64,000 bases of DNA from the human T2T-CHM13v2.0 reference genome, Homo sapiens (GCF_009914755.1 NC_060926.1); one strand, 5' to 3'; positions 40,100 to 55,623 are shown, counted from the first letter of the stretch. Numbers and translations: made by a program. The notes: a model not told the origin generated them from the sequence alone.

Positions 40100-40410
40100 G
40101 TGATCCTCCTGCCTCAGCCTCCCAAGTAGCTGGGACTACAGGCATATTCCACCACTTTCCTGGCTCAAGGAATCCTCCTGCCTCAGCCTCCTGGGTAGCT
40201 GGGAGGACAAGTGTGTGTCACCACACCTGGACAACTGGGGGTGTATTTGTATCTTATGGGATGGATATTTGGTGATTTGTTATGAGCAAATTGATACCCT
40301 TCTGTTTGTGGAGATTCTCTTGAATCCTTTTTTCCATACACTCCATTTTCTTCTGTTTGGAACTCATGTTTACTTATGGAGTGGTCCTCAAATTTTTAAA
40401 AGTTTATATT
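40100..40410 (-). repeat. Right arm of the inverted duplication
   Basis: Reverse complement of 37451-37761. Confidence 0.97.
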
Positions 40411-40452
40411 TTGCATCTTTTTCTCTTTTCCCTCTATTTTTGGGAGATTTAA

Positions 40453-40686
<234 letters not shown>

Positions 40687-41276
40687 TGATCCGCCCGCCT
40701 TGGCCTCCCAAAGCGCTGGGATTACACACGTGAGCCACCGCACCTGCCTCTGCAACTCATTTTTTATTTCTGCTATTCTCTAATTTCCAAAATTCTGTTC
40801 TCTTGATGTACCTTTACTGTGGTATTGTTTTTCTTGGTTGCAGAAAGCTCTCAACTTTTCTAAGGGTACTGGTGATTGATATTTTTGTTTACTTTTGCCT
40901 GTGCAGTCTGTTTTCAACTTGCCCGTTTCCATTTTAAAATTCATATTGAGACTGCCCTTAGATGTCTGATAATCCTTAGTTGTCCATTTACACACCCATT
41001 ATATAAAATGTATAGGGAAGGCCAGGCACGGTGGCTCACGCCTATAATCCCAGCACTTTGGGAGGCTGAGGTGGGTGGATCACCTGAGGTCAGGAGTTTG
41101 AGACCAGCCTGTCTAAACATGGCAAAACCCCATCTTTAGTAAAAGCACAAACAGCTGGTTGCGTTGATGCGTGCCTGCAGCCCCAGCTTCTCTGGAGGCT
41201 GAGGCTGGAGAATCGCTTGAATCCGGGAGGCGGAGGTAGTAGTGAGCCGAGATCACGCCACTGCACTCCAGCCTGA

Positions 41277-41631
<355 letters not shown>

Positions 41632-42019
41632 TGAGAAGGCTCATGGCTACTTAGTTTACTTACATTTTTTAAGAATACAATTAGTATTTGTACCAGGTTA
41701 CATCTGTGTTCTCATTCCAAGGCTAATGTTTATTCTTTGTTACATTTAGATGCTAAGTAGAGTTAGACAAGAAGTGCCCTCTAATCCCAAATAAAGGTAA
41801 AATGAGTCAAAATGCCACAGGAGGAATTTGTTTCTTGAGAACAAAAGGTATCTTAGGAACATGTTCATTTTACACAACTGCTGCATTTACTAGGAACAAT
41901 AACCTTAGAAATCTTGTTTGTAAATCAAGGGGTCCAACTTCATTTAAAATGTTACTTGATGCTTAAACACAAATACCCACTATCATTAATATAGGAATAA
42001 ATGAGTCAATAAAGGAAAA

Positions 42020-42906
42020 ATAAATGTAAACCAAGTTTATTTTGCTTTTTAAGTAGTGTTCTTAAAGCACTACAGCTTGGTAAACAATGTAAATTAGTAT
42101 AAGTCATCTCAAAAGCCAGAGTTGTTTTGTTTTTTAATGAGTTGTTAAAAAGATGCAGCCTATTCTAACAGGATAAATATTTTTAACCATTTCACTTCGA
42201 GTTAATGAAGGCTCACAAATGAGCAACACTCCTCATTGAGGAAAACAAAAAGCTGTTGTCGACAAGCGACAGCACACACACACAAAAACAAAAAGAACTG
42301 TGTAAAAATAACTAACTGTGTTCCCATATTTTTGAAGTCGCTTTACAATGGGATGATATGCACATGATCTTGCTGCAATCTTGCCAAAGAGACTTTGTAA
42401 TACATGTAGTCTAGACAAACGATTCAGTCCAAGAGGTGCTAACTTCAGACAATGCAGCACTATAATCCTTTAAACAACGCAATTTGTTTTACTCATTATC
42501 TTTTCTTCTAGGCTGAAATAGACTAGAAGGAAAATGCTCCCTAATTAAAAATTGGTATTGTTTACAGGAAAAATTGTATAATTTTGCATTAGAATTACAA
42601 GTATATGTTCAAATCGAATTTGCCTCCTCCCCCCAGCCCAGCCACAAAAATGGGCATGAAGTAAAATTTTTAAAAATGCCTTAATTTTCAACTTCATGCA
42701 AACTAAATAAAGATGACCAAAACAAAAGCTTAAACAATGGAAGGATATTTCACAGAAAATTTCTTATACAAAAAAACACATAAGAAAAAGGGCCACTAGG
42801 TGACATTTTAATTTACAAATTGGCATCATTTTGGTCGACAAATACCCACATGCTGTTTTCCTCTGCTAACGAGTTGCAGAGAAAAAAAACAGCATGAATT
42901 TGGATT
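42020..42906 (-). other. XPO1: XPO1 3'UTR
   Basis: Repeat-free AU-rich sequence between the TAA stop and the AATAAA signal. The cleavage site is approximate. Confidence 0.88.
42036..42041 (-). terminator. XPO1: XPO1 polyadenylation signal AATAAA
   Basis: TTTATT on the plus strand, followed in transcript sense by a U-rich downstream element (~41990-42020). Confidence 0.8.
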
Positions 42907-43053
42907 TTAATCACACATTTCTTCTGGAATCTCATGTGGATTAAAGATGCCAGGGACAGACATTTGACGTTTATGTTTCTCTTCATCAGCCTGCCGTAGG
43001 GCTATTTCTCTCTCTTCCAAAAACAAATCAGAAGTGTCTTCACCTGCAAATTC
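42907..43053 (-). CDS. XPO1: Exportin-1 exon 25 (last coding exon)
   Basis: cag|GAA TTT GCA = EFAGEDTSDLFLEERE...PEEMCD*, with TAA at 42909-42907. Confidence 0.98.
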   Translation of the reverse strand, partial: EFAGEDTSDLFLEEREIALRQADEEKHKRQMSVPGIFNPHEIPEEMCD

Positions 43054-43390
43054 CTGTGAAAACAGATAGTTGAAATGTCAACGCAATAAACTTCAACTTG
43101 CAAAGAAAGAAATCATAGATGAGCAATTTCCTTTTTAGAGAAGGAAGGAATATAAATTATCCATAAAGTGGCTGGGTTTTAAATTATAGGATAGTGACAC
43201 AGTATACTACATAGCTGAATGAACTGCAAACCTGTTAACTGGTGGGGGGGAAGATTACAAAAGAATCATGGGCCCCGGCATGGTGGCTCACGCCTGTAAT
43301 CCCAACTTTGGGAGGCAGAGACGGGAAGAATACTTGATGTCAGGAGACCACCCTGGCCAACATGGTGAAACCCTGTCATTACTAAAATTA

Positions 43391-43573
<183 letters not shown>

Positions 43574-44390
43574 TTACAGTAAATAGTCTTCAATGTGATT
43601 ATTATGCATTGTATGCTTCTACCGAAGTATCTCATGCATCCCATCCCCTAAGTATATACACCTACTATGTATTCACACAAATTTTGTTCTCTTTGTGATA
43701 GAGTCTTGTTCTGTAGCCCCAGCACATTATCTCAACCTCTTCCTCCAAGATGCAAGCAATTCTCCTGCCTCAGCCTCCCCAGCAGCTGGGATTACAGGCA
43801 CCACCACATCTGGCTCATTTTTTGTATTTTTACTAGAGACGTAGTTTCACCATGTTGCCCAGGCTGATCTCAAACTCCCAAGCTCAGACAATCCACCTGT
43901 CTCGGCCTCCCAAAGTGCTAGGATTACAGGCATGAGCCACTGCACCCAGACACTTTTTTCTCTTTTCTTTTGAGAGGCAGTCTTGCTCTGTCGCCCAGGC
44001 TGGCGTGCAGTGTTATGATCTCAGCTCACTGAAACCTCTGCCTCCTGGGTTCAAGTGATTCTCCTGCCTCTGCCTCCCGAGTAGCTGGGACTACAGGCAC
44101 CTGCCACCAGACCTGGCTAATTTTTGTATTTTTAGTAGAGATGAGGTTTCACCATGTTGGCCGGGCTGATCCTGAACTCCTGACCTCAACTGATCTGTCT
44201 GCCTCGGCCTCCCAAAGTGCTGGGATTACAGGTGTGAGCCACTGTGCCCAGCTAAAAATTCTTCATATGCCAAGATACCAAGAAAGATGTTTCTCCTAAG
44301 GCTAATTAATAACTGTCATTAAATTAAGTTTAGTTATATTATCATTGACTTCGTAGCTATCAGTTAACTTTTTTTTTTTTTTTTTTTTGA

Positions 44391-44585
<195 letters not shown>

Positions 44586-45276
44586 TAGTCTCAAACTCCC
44601 GACATCAGGTGACCCACCCACCTTGGCCTCCCAAAGTGCTGGGATTACAGGCATGAGCAACTGCGCCCAGCCTAGGTAACTTTCATTAGTTTTTTAAAAA
44701 TTGGCTAATATTTTTACAGTAAAAAAAAAAAACCTTTGTATTTTGGAGAAAATATTTAAGAGCTAAGAGACTAATTCTTATTCAACAATCATGGATAAAC
44801 TATTCATCAACTACTTAGGGTTTCACAGTACTTCCAAATTTCTTTAAAGCAAGATGTTCAAAGAAAAACCCTTCCCAAAAGTATGAATAAAGCACTGTAT
44901 AACAGCAGAAGAAAGACATTCTATCTAGTAACTTTCACAAGTTCCCTCAACTAACAAAATTGGTATAAAATTATAAAAAGAACTACCAACGTTTTTCTTA
45001 CCCAATATTCCATTATACATTTAAGACTACCTAAAATGAATTACATTAGTAATAAGTTTATCCGAATAACATCTCAAACATATCTATCCTTATTGGACTT
45101 TAGTTTTTCACTGTATTACCAGTCTCAGGTTTTTTGATTACAGAGATTGTGTAAACGTATTATCTTGAAACCCCATTTATTTGGCATGACAAATCAAGTG
45201 ATAAAAATTCTACAATGTAACATAAAAGTGGTCACATCTACCCCTAATATTTCTGCAAGAGCAAATAAATACATAC

Positions 45277-45373
45277 CTTTATTTGAACTAGGAAATCTCT
45301 TAAATGTTCCTTGAAAGCAGGAATATCTTGATTTAAGCTGAAAAGCCCTGTCACAAAGAGCTTTACTTGAGCA
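45277..45373 (-). CDS. XPO1: Exportin-1 exon 24
   Basis: 97 nt, AG/GT boundaries, (D)[32 protein letters not shown]. Confidence 0.97.
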
Positions 45374-45398
45374 CTGCAAATCAAAACACAATGATTAA

Positions 45399-45527
<129 letters not shown>

Positions 45528-45571
45528 TAATGTTTTTTTTTTTTAATCAAGAATTTTTTTTTAATTTTTGA

Positions 45572-45715
<144 letters not shown>

Positions 45716-46199
45716 TAGTAGAGACAGGGTTTCTCCATGTTGGTCAGGCAAATCTCAAACTCCTGACCTCAGGTAATCTGCCCGCCTAGGCCTCCCAAAG
45801 TGCTTGGATTACAGGCGTTTGCCACCGTGCCCAGCCTTTTTATTTTTTGAGACAGTCTTGCTCTGTCACCCACACTGGAGTGCAGTGGCACAATCTCGGC
45901 TCACTGCAACCTCTGCCTCCTGGGTTCAAGCAGTTCTCCCCCTCAGCCTCCCAAGTAGCTGGGATTTCAGGCACCCACCACCATGCCCAACTAATTTTTT
46001 GTATTTTTAGTAGAAACGGGGTTTCACCATCTTGGCCAGGCTGGTCTTGAACTCCTGACCTTGTGATTCACCCACCTCAGCCTCCCAAAGTGTTGGGATT
46101 ACAGTCATGAGCCACCGTGCGTGGCTTTTTTTTTTTTTTTTTTTTTGCTTTTTTAAAGAGGCAGGGTCTCACTCTATCACCCAGGCTGGTGTACAGTGG

Positions 46200-46296
46200 T
46201 GCGATCATAGCTCACTGCAGTCTTAAACTCCAGGATGCAAACAACCCTGCGATCATAGCTCACTGCAGTCTTAAACTCCAGGATGCAAACAACCCT
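46200..46296. repeat. Perfect 48-bp tandem duplication inside an Alu in XPO1 intron 23
   Basis: TGCGATCATAGCTCACTGCAGTCTTAAACTCCAGGATGCAAACAACCC occurs twice in tandem. Confidence 0.95.
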
Positions 46297-46516
46297 CTCG
46301 CCTCAGCCTCTCCAACAGCTGGTCCTACAGATGCATACCACTTCTGACTAATTTTTTTTTTGTAGAGACGGGATCTTGTTTTGTTGTCTAGGTTGGTCTC
46401 CAACTTTTGGGCCCAAGCAATCCTCCCACCTTAGGCTTCCCAAAGTGCTGGGATTACAGGTGTGAGCCACTGTGCCCGACCAGGAACATTCTACGTTTAT
46501 TAAAAGGTATATTTAC

Positions 46517-46676
46517 TCTTGTAGGTGAGGGAAGGCCGACTTAAGGAGATTAGCCACATATTCCTGAAGAAAGATTTGGTTGTTAACTGGATTTCCAGGA
46601 TTTAATGATGTACTTATTTTTCCTTCTTCAACCAAATTAAACATATATGCAAGAATTGATGCATGCATTGTTAAAC
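46517..46676 (-). CDS. XPO1: Exportin-1 exon 23
   Basis: 160 nt, GLTMHASILAYMFNLVEEGK...SAFPHLQ. Confidence 0.97.
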
Positions 46677-47092
46677 CTGTTGATAAGAAGAAAATTATTA
46701 ACTCCAAAATGTAATATAACTATAGATCTTAGCGTTTTTTTTTGTTTTGTTTTTTTTTTTAGACGGAGTCTCGCTCTGTCACCCAAGCTGGAATGCCGTG
46801 GCGCAATCTTAGTTCACTGCAACCTCTGCCTCCTCGGTCCAAGCCATTCTCCTGCCTCAGCCTCCCGAATAGGTGGGATTGCAATCACATGCCACCATGC
46901 CCAGTATTTTTATTGTATCTTTTATTTTTTTATGGTATTTTTAGTACAGACAGTTTCACCATGGTGGCCAGGCTGTTCTCGAACTCCTGACCTCATAATC
47001 TCCCCGCCTCGACCTCCCAAAGTGCTGGGATTATAGGCGTGAGGCCCTGTGCCCAGCTGGCACTTAACATTTAAATCGTATTAAATTCTTAC

Positions 47093-47227
47093 CAGCAGTA
47101 TGTGAAGTGTCTGTCACAACAGAAAAGATATGCTGGAGAATATCACAAAAATAAGTTTGATAAAAACTCTGAGCTGCAGCTTCTTCTTGTGCAACATTTT
47201 GTAAGAGTGTAAAAAGTATCTGTAAGC
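47093..47227 (-). CDS. XPO1: Exportin-1 exon 22
   Basis: 135 nt, GLQILFTLLQNVAQEEAAAQSFYQ...DTSHTA. Confidence 0.97.
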
Positions 47228-47429
47228 CTAAAAGACATAGAATACCAATGGAAAGTTACTACAGACTGACAGCACTCATGATAGTATTTAGCTCTTATCA
47301 AAGTATTCTGAATCTAACCCTGTTCTCCCTTTTTTTTGGGATGATGACTAATAATTACTTGCATAAGGTTTCTTAAATTAATAATGGAATACAACTATAT
47401 CCAATGCTGGCTTACTTATAAATTATAAT

Positions 47430-47697
47430 AAGTTGTGTGAGAGCTAAACTGTGAAGATGTAAAGGCATAAAGATCATATAATGGACTTTGGGGACTTGTG
47501 GGGAAGGGCAGGAGTGGGTGAGGGATAAGACTACACATAAGGTGGAGTTCATACACATGAGGGATAAGACTACCCATAAAGTAGAGTTCATACTGCTCAC
47601 ATGACAGGTGCACCAAAATCTCAGAAATCACCACTGAAGAACTTATTCATGTAACCAAAAACCACCTGTTCCCCAAAAACTATTGAAATAAAAAAAG
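47430..47697 (+). mobile_element. L1 3' end fragment (L1PB/L1MA-like) containing a degenerate 39-bp tandem duplication (47519-47593)
   Basis: GGACTTTGGGGACTT...CTCAGAAATCACCACTGAAGAACTTATTCATGTAACC...GAAATAAAAAA. Confidence 0.8.
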
Positions 47698-48072
47698 AAC
47701 CTCATGAATATTTTTTAAAAGCCTATGGGAAAAAAATTACAATCTAAGTTATGACTATTACCACCCTTTCACCATTTCTGAAAGCTCAGCTGATTCTATA
47801 TGAACTTCTACAACATCACTACCCAGTAGAACTTTGTATTACGCAAACCAATTATTACTAGGCCGCTCTCCCCATAACTCAATTCTGCCTATGGACTCAC
47901 TTGGAGTGGAGTGGAACAGTTGATTAAACTGCTTATAGGATTTTCTCAGATGTTCATATATGTAATTCACACACTCAAAACTCTGAACAAGTAATACCTT
48001 CCTATGTACAATTAACTATATTTGTATTTTTGGATTGGCAGGCAAATGAATAAAAGAACATCTTTTATTTAC

Positions 48073-48241
48073 CCGTATCTGCGACATTCCTCATAGTATG
48101 TTTGAAAGCCCAAATGATGGAATCCAAAACAAGTTTAAACTGTGTAGGTGGAATAGCAAGGAATGCTGGGAAACAATGAGAATTGACAGCCTGAAGTAGT
48201 AAGAAAAAGTTCGTTCTATGTTCAGGATATTCTTCAAAGTC
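48073..48241 (-). CDS. XPO1: Exportin-1 exon 21
   Basis: 169 nt, DFEEYPEHRTNFFLLLQAVN...MRNVADT. Confidence 0.97.
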
Positions 48242-48656
48242 CTAAAAATAAGTGGTGGAAACAAAATAATGTTTCAGTGTCTTTGTTGTGCTAGACAGGA
48301 GGGGAAAAGCAAGGCTTAATCCAGTATAAATATTTGGAGTTTTCAATAAACCACAGAAGATAGAATGCCTCCTGAAAGGTAAACCCAAGTAAAATACAAT
48401 CCACCTCTCACGGAAAATGAAACTGTCCCGTTACGCACATGAGTTATCAAATTGAAGGAGAAAGACAACCTTTTTAATAGAGAACTCATCTAAACCATTA
48501 TTACCATAAGACTACTACTATCACTTTTGTTTTTAATTTGAAATCACCACTACAGATTACAAAAAAATTTAAGTTACCGTGTAAATGTGTCCACTTAACG
48601 TATCTTTTATCTCTTTTTTCTTTTTAAACAGTCTCACTCTGTCACCCAGGCTGTAG

Positions 48657-48782
<126 letters not shown>

Positions 48783-48785
48783 TAG

Positions 48786-48944
<159 letters not shown>

Positions 48945-49907
48945 TAGTAGAGACAGGGTTTCACCATGGTCTCCATCTCCTGACCTCGTGATCTGCCCAC
49001 CTCGGCCTCCCAAAGTGCTGGGATTACAAGCGTGAGCCACGGCACCCAGCCTAATCTTTGAGTAGAGATGGGGTTTCACCATGTTGGTCAGGCTGGTCTT
49101 GAAATCCTGACCTCAGGTGATCCACCGGCCTCGGCCTCTCAAAGTGTTGGGATTACAGGTGTTGAGCCACCACGCCTGGCCATTTTTGTATTTTTAATAG
49201 AGATGGGGTTTTGCCACGTTAGGCAGGCTGGTCTTGAACTCCCGACCTCAGGTCATCCGCCCGCCTTGGCCTTCTGAAGTGCTGGGATTACAGGTGTAAG
49301 CCACCATGGCCAGCCTATTTTCTCTTGTTAACACATTTTTCAGTTTCTTATAAGCATATACTACACTTTTATAATTGAAACATGCAGACTTACTTTCTCA
49401 TTTATTCAAACCAATTAATACAACTACGTTCATAAAAGGATGCCCCGACCTATGAGGTTTCAATAAATGCTACATACCATGTGAATGCTAAAATCTGTTT
49501 TCCATATTTACTTTTTACCAATCAAGATTCTGTGTAGTAAATTCTTCTTCTTGGAGTGCAGTGGCGCAATCTCAGCTCACTGCCATCTTGAACTCCCAGG
49601 CTCAAGTGACCCCCCCCCCCCCCCACTTCAGCCTTTCGAGTAGTTGGGACTACCGGCACATGCCACCATGACTGGTTACTTTTTGAACTTTTTGTAGAGA
49701 TGAAGTCTCACTATATTGCCCAGGTTGGTTTCAAACTCCTGGGAAGTAAGTTCTTGAAAACCAAGAAAGTATTTCCCTAATATACAAGTTTAAATATTTA
49801 AACTCCATGGCATTAAAATTATGTTATATCCACAGACATACTTTAGCTTTCAAGAATTAAGGCTATCCTGCAGAATTTCCCCCTTACATAACTGAAATAT
49901 TACACAC

Positions 49908-50102
49908 CTTATTTATCATATTCAATGTGCATTCAAAAACAGCATCAAATATTTGAGGTATTTCAGCTGTTATATGTCCCCCTAACTTGTTGACAATTAT
50001 GGCCATAGTACTAAGCACTTCTGGTTCTCTAGCAGCTGGGACATTTCTCTGATAATCAATGAGAACTGCATCCAACAGAGGGGGAACAAAATTTTCAGCG
50101 AC
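49908..50102 (-). CDS. XPO1: Exportin-1 exon 20
   Basis: 195 nt, VAENFVPPLLDAVLIDYQRN...TLNMINK. Confidence 0.97.
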
Positions 50103-51132
50103 CTGTTGGGGAGGGAAAAAAAAGTTATGTTTTAATTTAGGTACATGGTGACTATTTTAAACAACAAGGTTATTCCTGTCTATGAGATGTAGCATGATCA
50201 TCTACTGAAAACAGTAGGGTTTGTATTAGGGTTTCCTACGTCAAAACAGTTTTTAGCAAAAGAAAGCAGGAAATCACAATGGGTTGGGAAGTCTCATGGA
50301 CACACTGTCATTCAAGACTTTTTTTTTTTGAGACAGTCTCACTGTCACTCAGACCAGAGTGCAGTGGCAAATCTCTGCTCACTGCAACCTCCACCTCCCA
50401 GGTTCAAGCAATTCTTGTGCCTCAGTCTCCTGAGTAGCTGGGACTATAGGTATAGCACCATGCCCAGCTACAAAACTCTCACAATAAGAAAAGTGAGGCT
50501 CAAAATTCAGTGGGTGTCTCCAAGTTAGGTGGCAGAATCAGGATTCTACGTATACTGTATATGTAAGATGGCAGCAACCGAGCCCTCAATACTGTCTTTA
50601 TTTTTGAGACGGAGTCTTGCTCTGTCGCCCAGGCTGGAGTGCAGTGGTGCCATCTTGGCTCACTGCAAGCTCCGCCTCCAGGTTCACGCCATTCTCCTGC
50701 CTCAGCCTATCGAGTAGCTGGGAGTACAGGCACCTGCCACCACGCCCAGCTAATTTTTTATATTTTTAGTAGAGACGGGGTGTTTCACCGTGTTAGCCAG
50801 GATGGTCTTGATTTCCTGACCTCGTGATCCACCCAACTCAGACTAATGTTTTAATCTAATGAATGCTAACTGGTGAGTATTTTCACAAGCAGAAATAACA
50901 TCAATCAATTACTCTCAGAAAATAAGAAAGACTATGGATTTCTATTATTTTTTTGAAACTGAATCTTGCCATGTTGCCTAAACTGGACTTGAGCTGGGGT
51001 GATTCGCCTGCCTTACCCTCCCTGGTGGTTGGGATTACAGGTGCATGCTACAATGCCCAGTAAGATTTTCATGATTCTAAGTAAACTGAGTTATACTTAA
51101 AGAGTAACTTCTTGTTCTTTTTTTTTTTTTGA

Positions 51133-51237
<105 letters not shown>

Positions 51238-52295
51238 TGACTTCAAGTGATCCACCCGCCTCGGCCTCCCAAAGTGCTGGGATTACAGGCATGAGCCACC
51301 GTGAAAAGCCAAGACAAGGAAAATAAACACAATGTTTCATGTGAACAAATATCCCAAACTTTAACATTAATGTTACAAAAGATGATACCCTTTGTATTAT
51401 TCCCACTGTGCTCCCGACACGTGCTCAAGCTTCTTGTAAATTACAAACATCACAATTCCTTCAATACATCTTACTTTCTGCTTTCAAATTTTAAATACAG
51501 TTCTGTTCACATAATACGCATGTTCAGAACCTTTCGATATTTAGGTTAGCCAACTTAAGTATTCCACAAGAATTATATTCAGAACAAGTTTACTGAAAAG
51601 TATTTCCTTAACAAGAAACAATACTGAAATTTCAAAACTATGAAAATAACTAGCACACTTGTAAAAAAAAAAACCAAAAAACAAAAAACCAACACTATTC
51701 CAAGTAATAGTAGTATTAGAATTTTTTGGACTCTCCCAAGGCTCAATTGAATAACAAGAATGAAACGATACAGTTAAAACCTAAAACTAATTCACAATTT
51801 TACAAGTTGAGGCATACGCAGCTGGTTTTTATTACTGAAAATGATTTCCTTTTCTGCAAATCATTTAGGAAAAAGGGTGTAAAAAAGACTTTCAGGCCTT
51901 TAATCTGGGAAGCAATCACTTTGCTAAAGAGGTAAAGTAATGACAACTTTGTAGCTCTAGCAATTGTTCTAAAAATCAAGAGGAATGCAAAAACTGCACC
52001 GGTACTCCATTAATTAAATCCTCCTAACCTATCTATGGAAACATAAAATGACCCAATTTTCTTAGCTATCTTGTTACATATCACCACCCTTCGCTACTGA
52101 TTAACAGCAGTTTCTTTTGAAGATGGAATACAGCTATTAGTATATTAACGTAAGGACTACAATAAATAAAATGCCATAAAATAACCACAAAGTTGATATG
52201 CTTTAAATTAGCAAAATGCACATAATAGAGTATAGCATATTCCATAAAACACAGCATCAACACTAGAAATCAAAAGCAAAGCATCTCTCACTTAC

Positions 52296-52402
52296 CATCT
52301 GTGGATCATTGGATCGGCTCACCCAACCAGATATTAACTTTAAAGTTTCCCTTTTTACAGTTCGCATACTTCTAATCAATGGTTGCTTTGTAACCATTTC
52401 AC
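52296..52402 (-). CDS. XPO1: Exportin-1 exon 19
   Basis: 107 nt, GEMVTKQPLIRSMRTVKRETLKLISGWVSRSNDPQM. Confidence 0.97.
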
Positions 52403-52718
52403 CTACAAAACAGAATCAAATGGAATCTAATTTTACCACTAAACTTATACAGTGGTACTCAGGTGTACATTAGATGCAATTCCATTTTACCATTAAAAAG
52501 TTTAAAGCCAAAAGTTCACAAAATTTATTGGGAAAATAAGCTTTAAGACTAATTTTAAAAGGGAAAGGTACACTTAACTGTTTTAAATATGTCTAGGGTC
52601 ATTTGGGAAATGGGAGGTCTGATTTAAATCTGTAAAAAACATCAAATGTTTGACTTAAGGCAGTAGAAGAGAAGTGGTTTGTTTATACTGCATTGTGTAA
52701 GAAATCAGAATCACCTAC

Positions 52719-52902
52719 CATTAGCTTGGATAGCTGCAGAAATATTTTCACTGAGGCACTTGTATACATTAAGCATATCTAAATAAATTCTTCCAAGCTG
52801 AATTACAAAGGGGTGTCCAACAGCTTTGCAGGCTCTCACATTTGTTTTCAAAATGCTACCAAGCTGCTTGACTGTTTCAGGATCTTTCAGTATATCCACA
52901 TT
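52719..52902 (-). CDS. XPO1: Exportin-1 exon 18
   Basis: 184 nt, [21 protein letters not shown]...SAAIQAN. Confidence 0.97.
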
Positions 52903-53257
52903 CTTGGAGGAAAAAAAGCAAATTCCATTTATCATATAAGAATTATCCACGGCTGGGAACAGTGGCTCACGCCTGTAATCCCAGCACTCTGAGAGGCCGA
53001 GGCGGGCGGATGATGAGTTCAGGAGATCGGGACCATCCTGGATAACACGGTGAAACCCCGTCTCTACTAAAAATACAAAAAAAATAGCCAGGCGTGGTGG
53101 CAGCCGCCTGTAGTCCCACCTACTCGGGAGGTTGAGGCAGGAGAACGGCGTGAACGCTAGAGATGGAGTTTGCAGTGAGCCGAGATCGCACCACTGCACT
53201 CCAGCCTGGGCGAAAGAGCAAGACTCCGTCTCAAAAAAAAAAAAGAATTATCCATCA

Positions 53258-53596
<339 letters not shown>

Positions 53597-53680
53597 TTAC
53601 CCTAAACCATATTTATAATCCCAAATGGTAAAAACGAACACAAACGCCTTTTTGTCTACATCTACTTAAGAATGAAGTAA

Positions 53681-53809
<129 letters not shown>

Positions 53810-53998
53810 TGAGTAGCTGGGACTTACAGGCGCCCGCCGCCACACTCAGCTAATTTTTGTATTTTTAGTAGAGACAGGGTTTCACTGCGTTAGCCATGAT
53901 GGTCTCGATCCCCTGACCTCGTGATCCGCCTGCCTCGGCCTCCCAAAGTGCTGGGATTACAGGCATGAGCCACCACACCCAGCCTATTCCTATTTTAA

Positions 53999-54300
<302 letters not shown>

Positions 54301-54773
54301 TGAGCCACCGAGCCCGGCCCAGATTTTTCATTTATTTTTTTTTTTTTTGAGACAGAGTCTTGCTCTGTCGTCTCGGCTAGAGAACAGTAGCTCAATCTCG
54401 GCTCACTGCAACCTCTGCCTCTTGGGTTCAAGTGATTCTCCTGCCTAAGCCTCCTCAGTAGCTGGGATTACAGGCATGTGCAACCACGCCCAGCTAATTT
54501 TTGTATTTTTAGTAGAGACGGGGTTTTGCCATGTTGGCCAGGCTGATCTCGAACTTCTGGCCTCAGGTGATCCGCCCGCCTCGGCCTTCCAATGTGCCAG
54601 GATTACAGGCGTGAGCCACCACACCTCGCCCAGATAATAAATTATAGAAAGACACACATAAAAGCACTTATGGATCACACATACATGTTAAAAGGCTTGA
54701 ATTCAATACATTTGTAAAGAACACGTCTTGTTAAATCCCATGAAAACTTTTAAGAAAAGGTAGAAATACTTAC

Positions 54774-54908
54774 TTTGGTTGCCTGCTGGATTATACTATC
54801 CCACACTTGATTAGGGAGTAACATGTACTTTTCTATCAAGTGTTCTTGTACTGTTTGATCTGTTTGTGCACCAATCATGTACCCCACAGCTTCATAAAAC
54901 GTATGAAC
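54774..54908 (-). CDS. XPO1: Exportin-1 exon 17
   Basis: 135 nt, VHTFYEAVGYMIGAQ...IIQQATK. Confidence 0.97.
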
Positions 54909-55588
54909 CTATTTTAAAAAGCAGACATTTTAACGTTTATGTTATACACCCTAATAAGGAAAACCACACACAAGCAATTCACAAACGTCTTGAAACTGAT
55001 TTTGGCCCAGGTGCAGTGGATCACTCCTGTAATCCCAATACTTTGAGAAGCCAAGGCAGGCCAATCACTTGTGGTCAGGAGTTGCAGACCAGCCTGACCA
55101 ACGTGGTGAAACCCCATCTCTTCTACAAATACAAAGAAATTAGCCAAGCGTGGTGGCAGGTGCCTATAATTCCAGTTACTTGGGAGGTTTGAATTGCTTG
55201 AACCTGGGAGGCAGAGGTTGCAGTGAGCCGAGATTGCAATACTGCACTCGAGCCTGGGTGACAGAGGAAGACTCCACCTCAAAAAACAAACAAACAAACA
55301 ACCCAAACTGGCCAGGCATGGTGGTGGCTCACGCCTGTAATCCCAGCACTTTGGGAGGCCGAGGCGGGCGGATCATGAGGTCAGGAGTTGGAGATGAGCC
55401 TGACCAACATGGAGAAACCCCGTCTCTACTAAAAATAAAAAAATTAGCTGGGCGTGGTGGCAAGCACCTGTTAATCATAGCCACTGAGGAAGAGAATCGT
55501 TTGACCCCAGGAGGCAAGGCTGCAGTGAGCCGAGATTGCGCCACTGCACTCCAGCATGGACGACAGAGTGAAACTCCATCTCAAAAAA

Positions 55589-55591
<3 letters not shown>

Positions 55592-55623
<32 letters not shown>
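55592..55623. repeat. (CA)n microsatellite in an Alu tail
   Basis: About 16 CA units. Confidence 0.95.
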
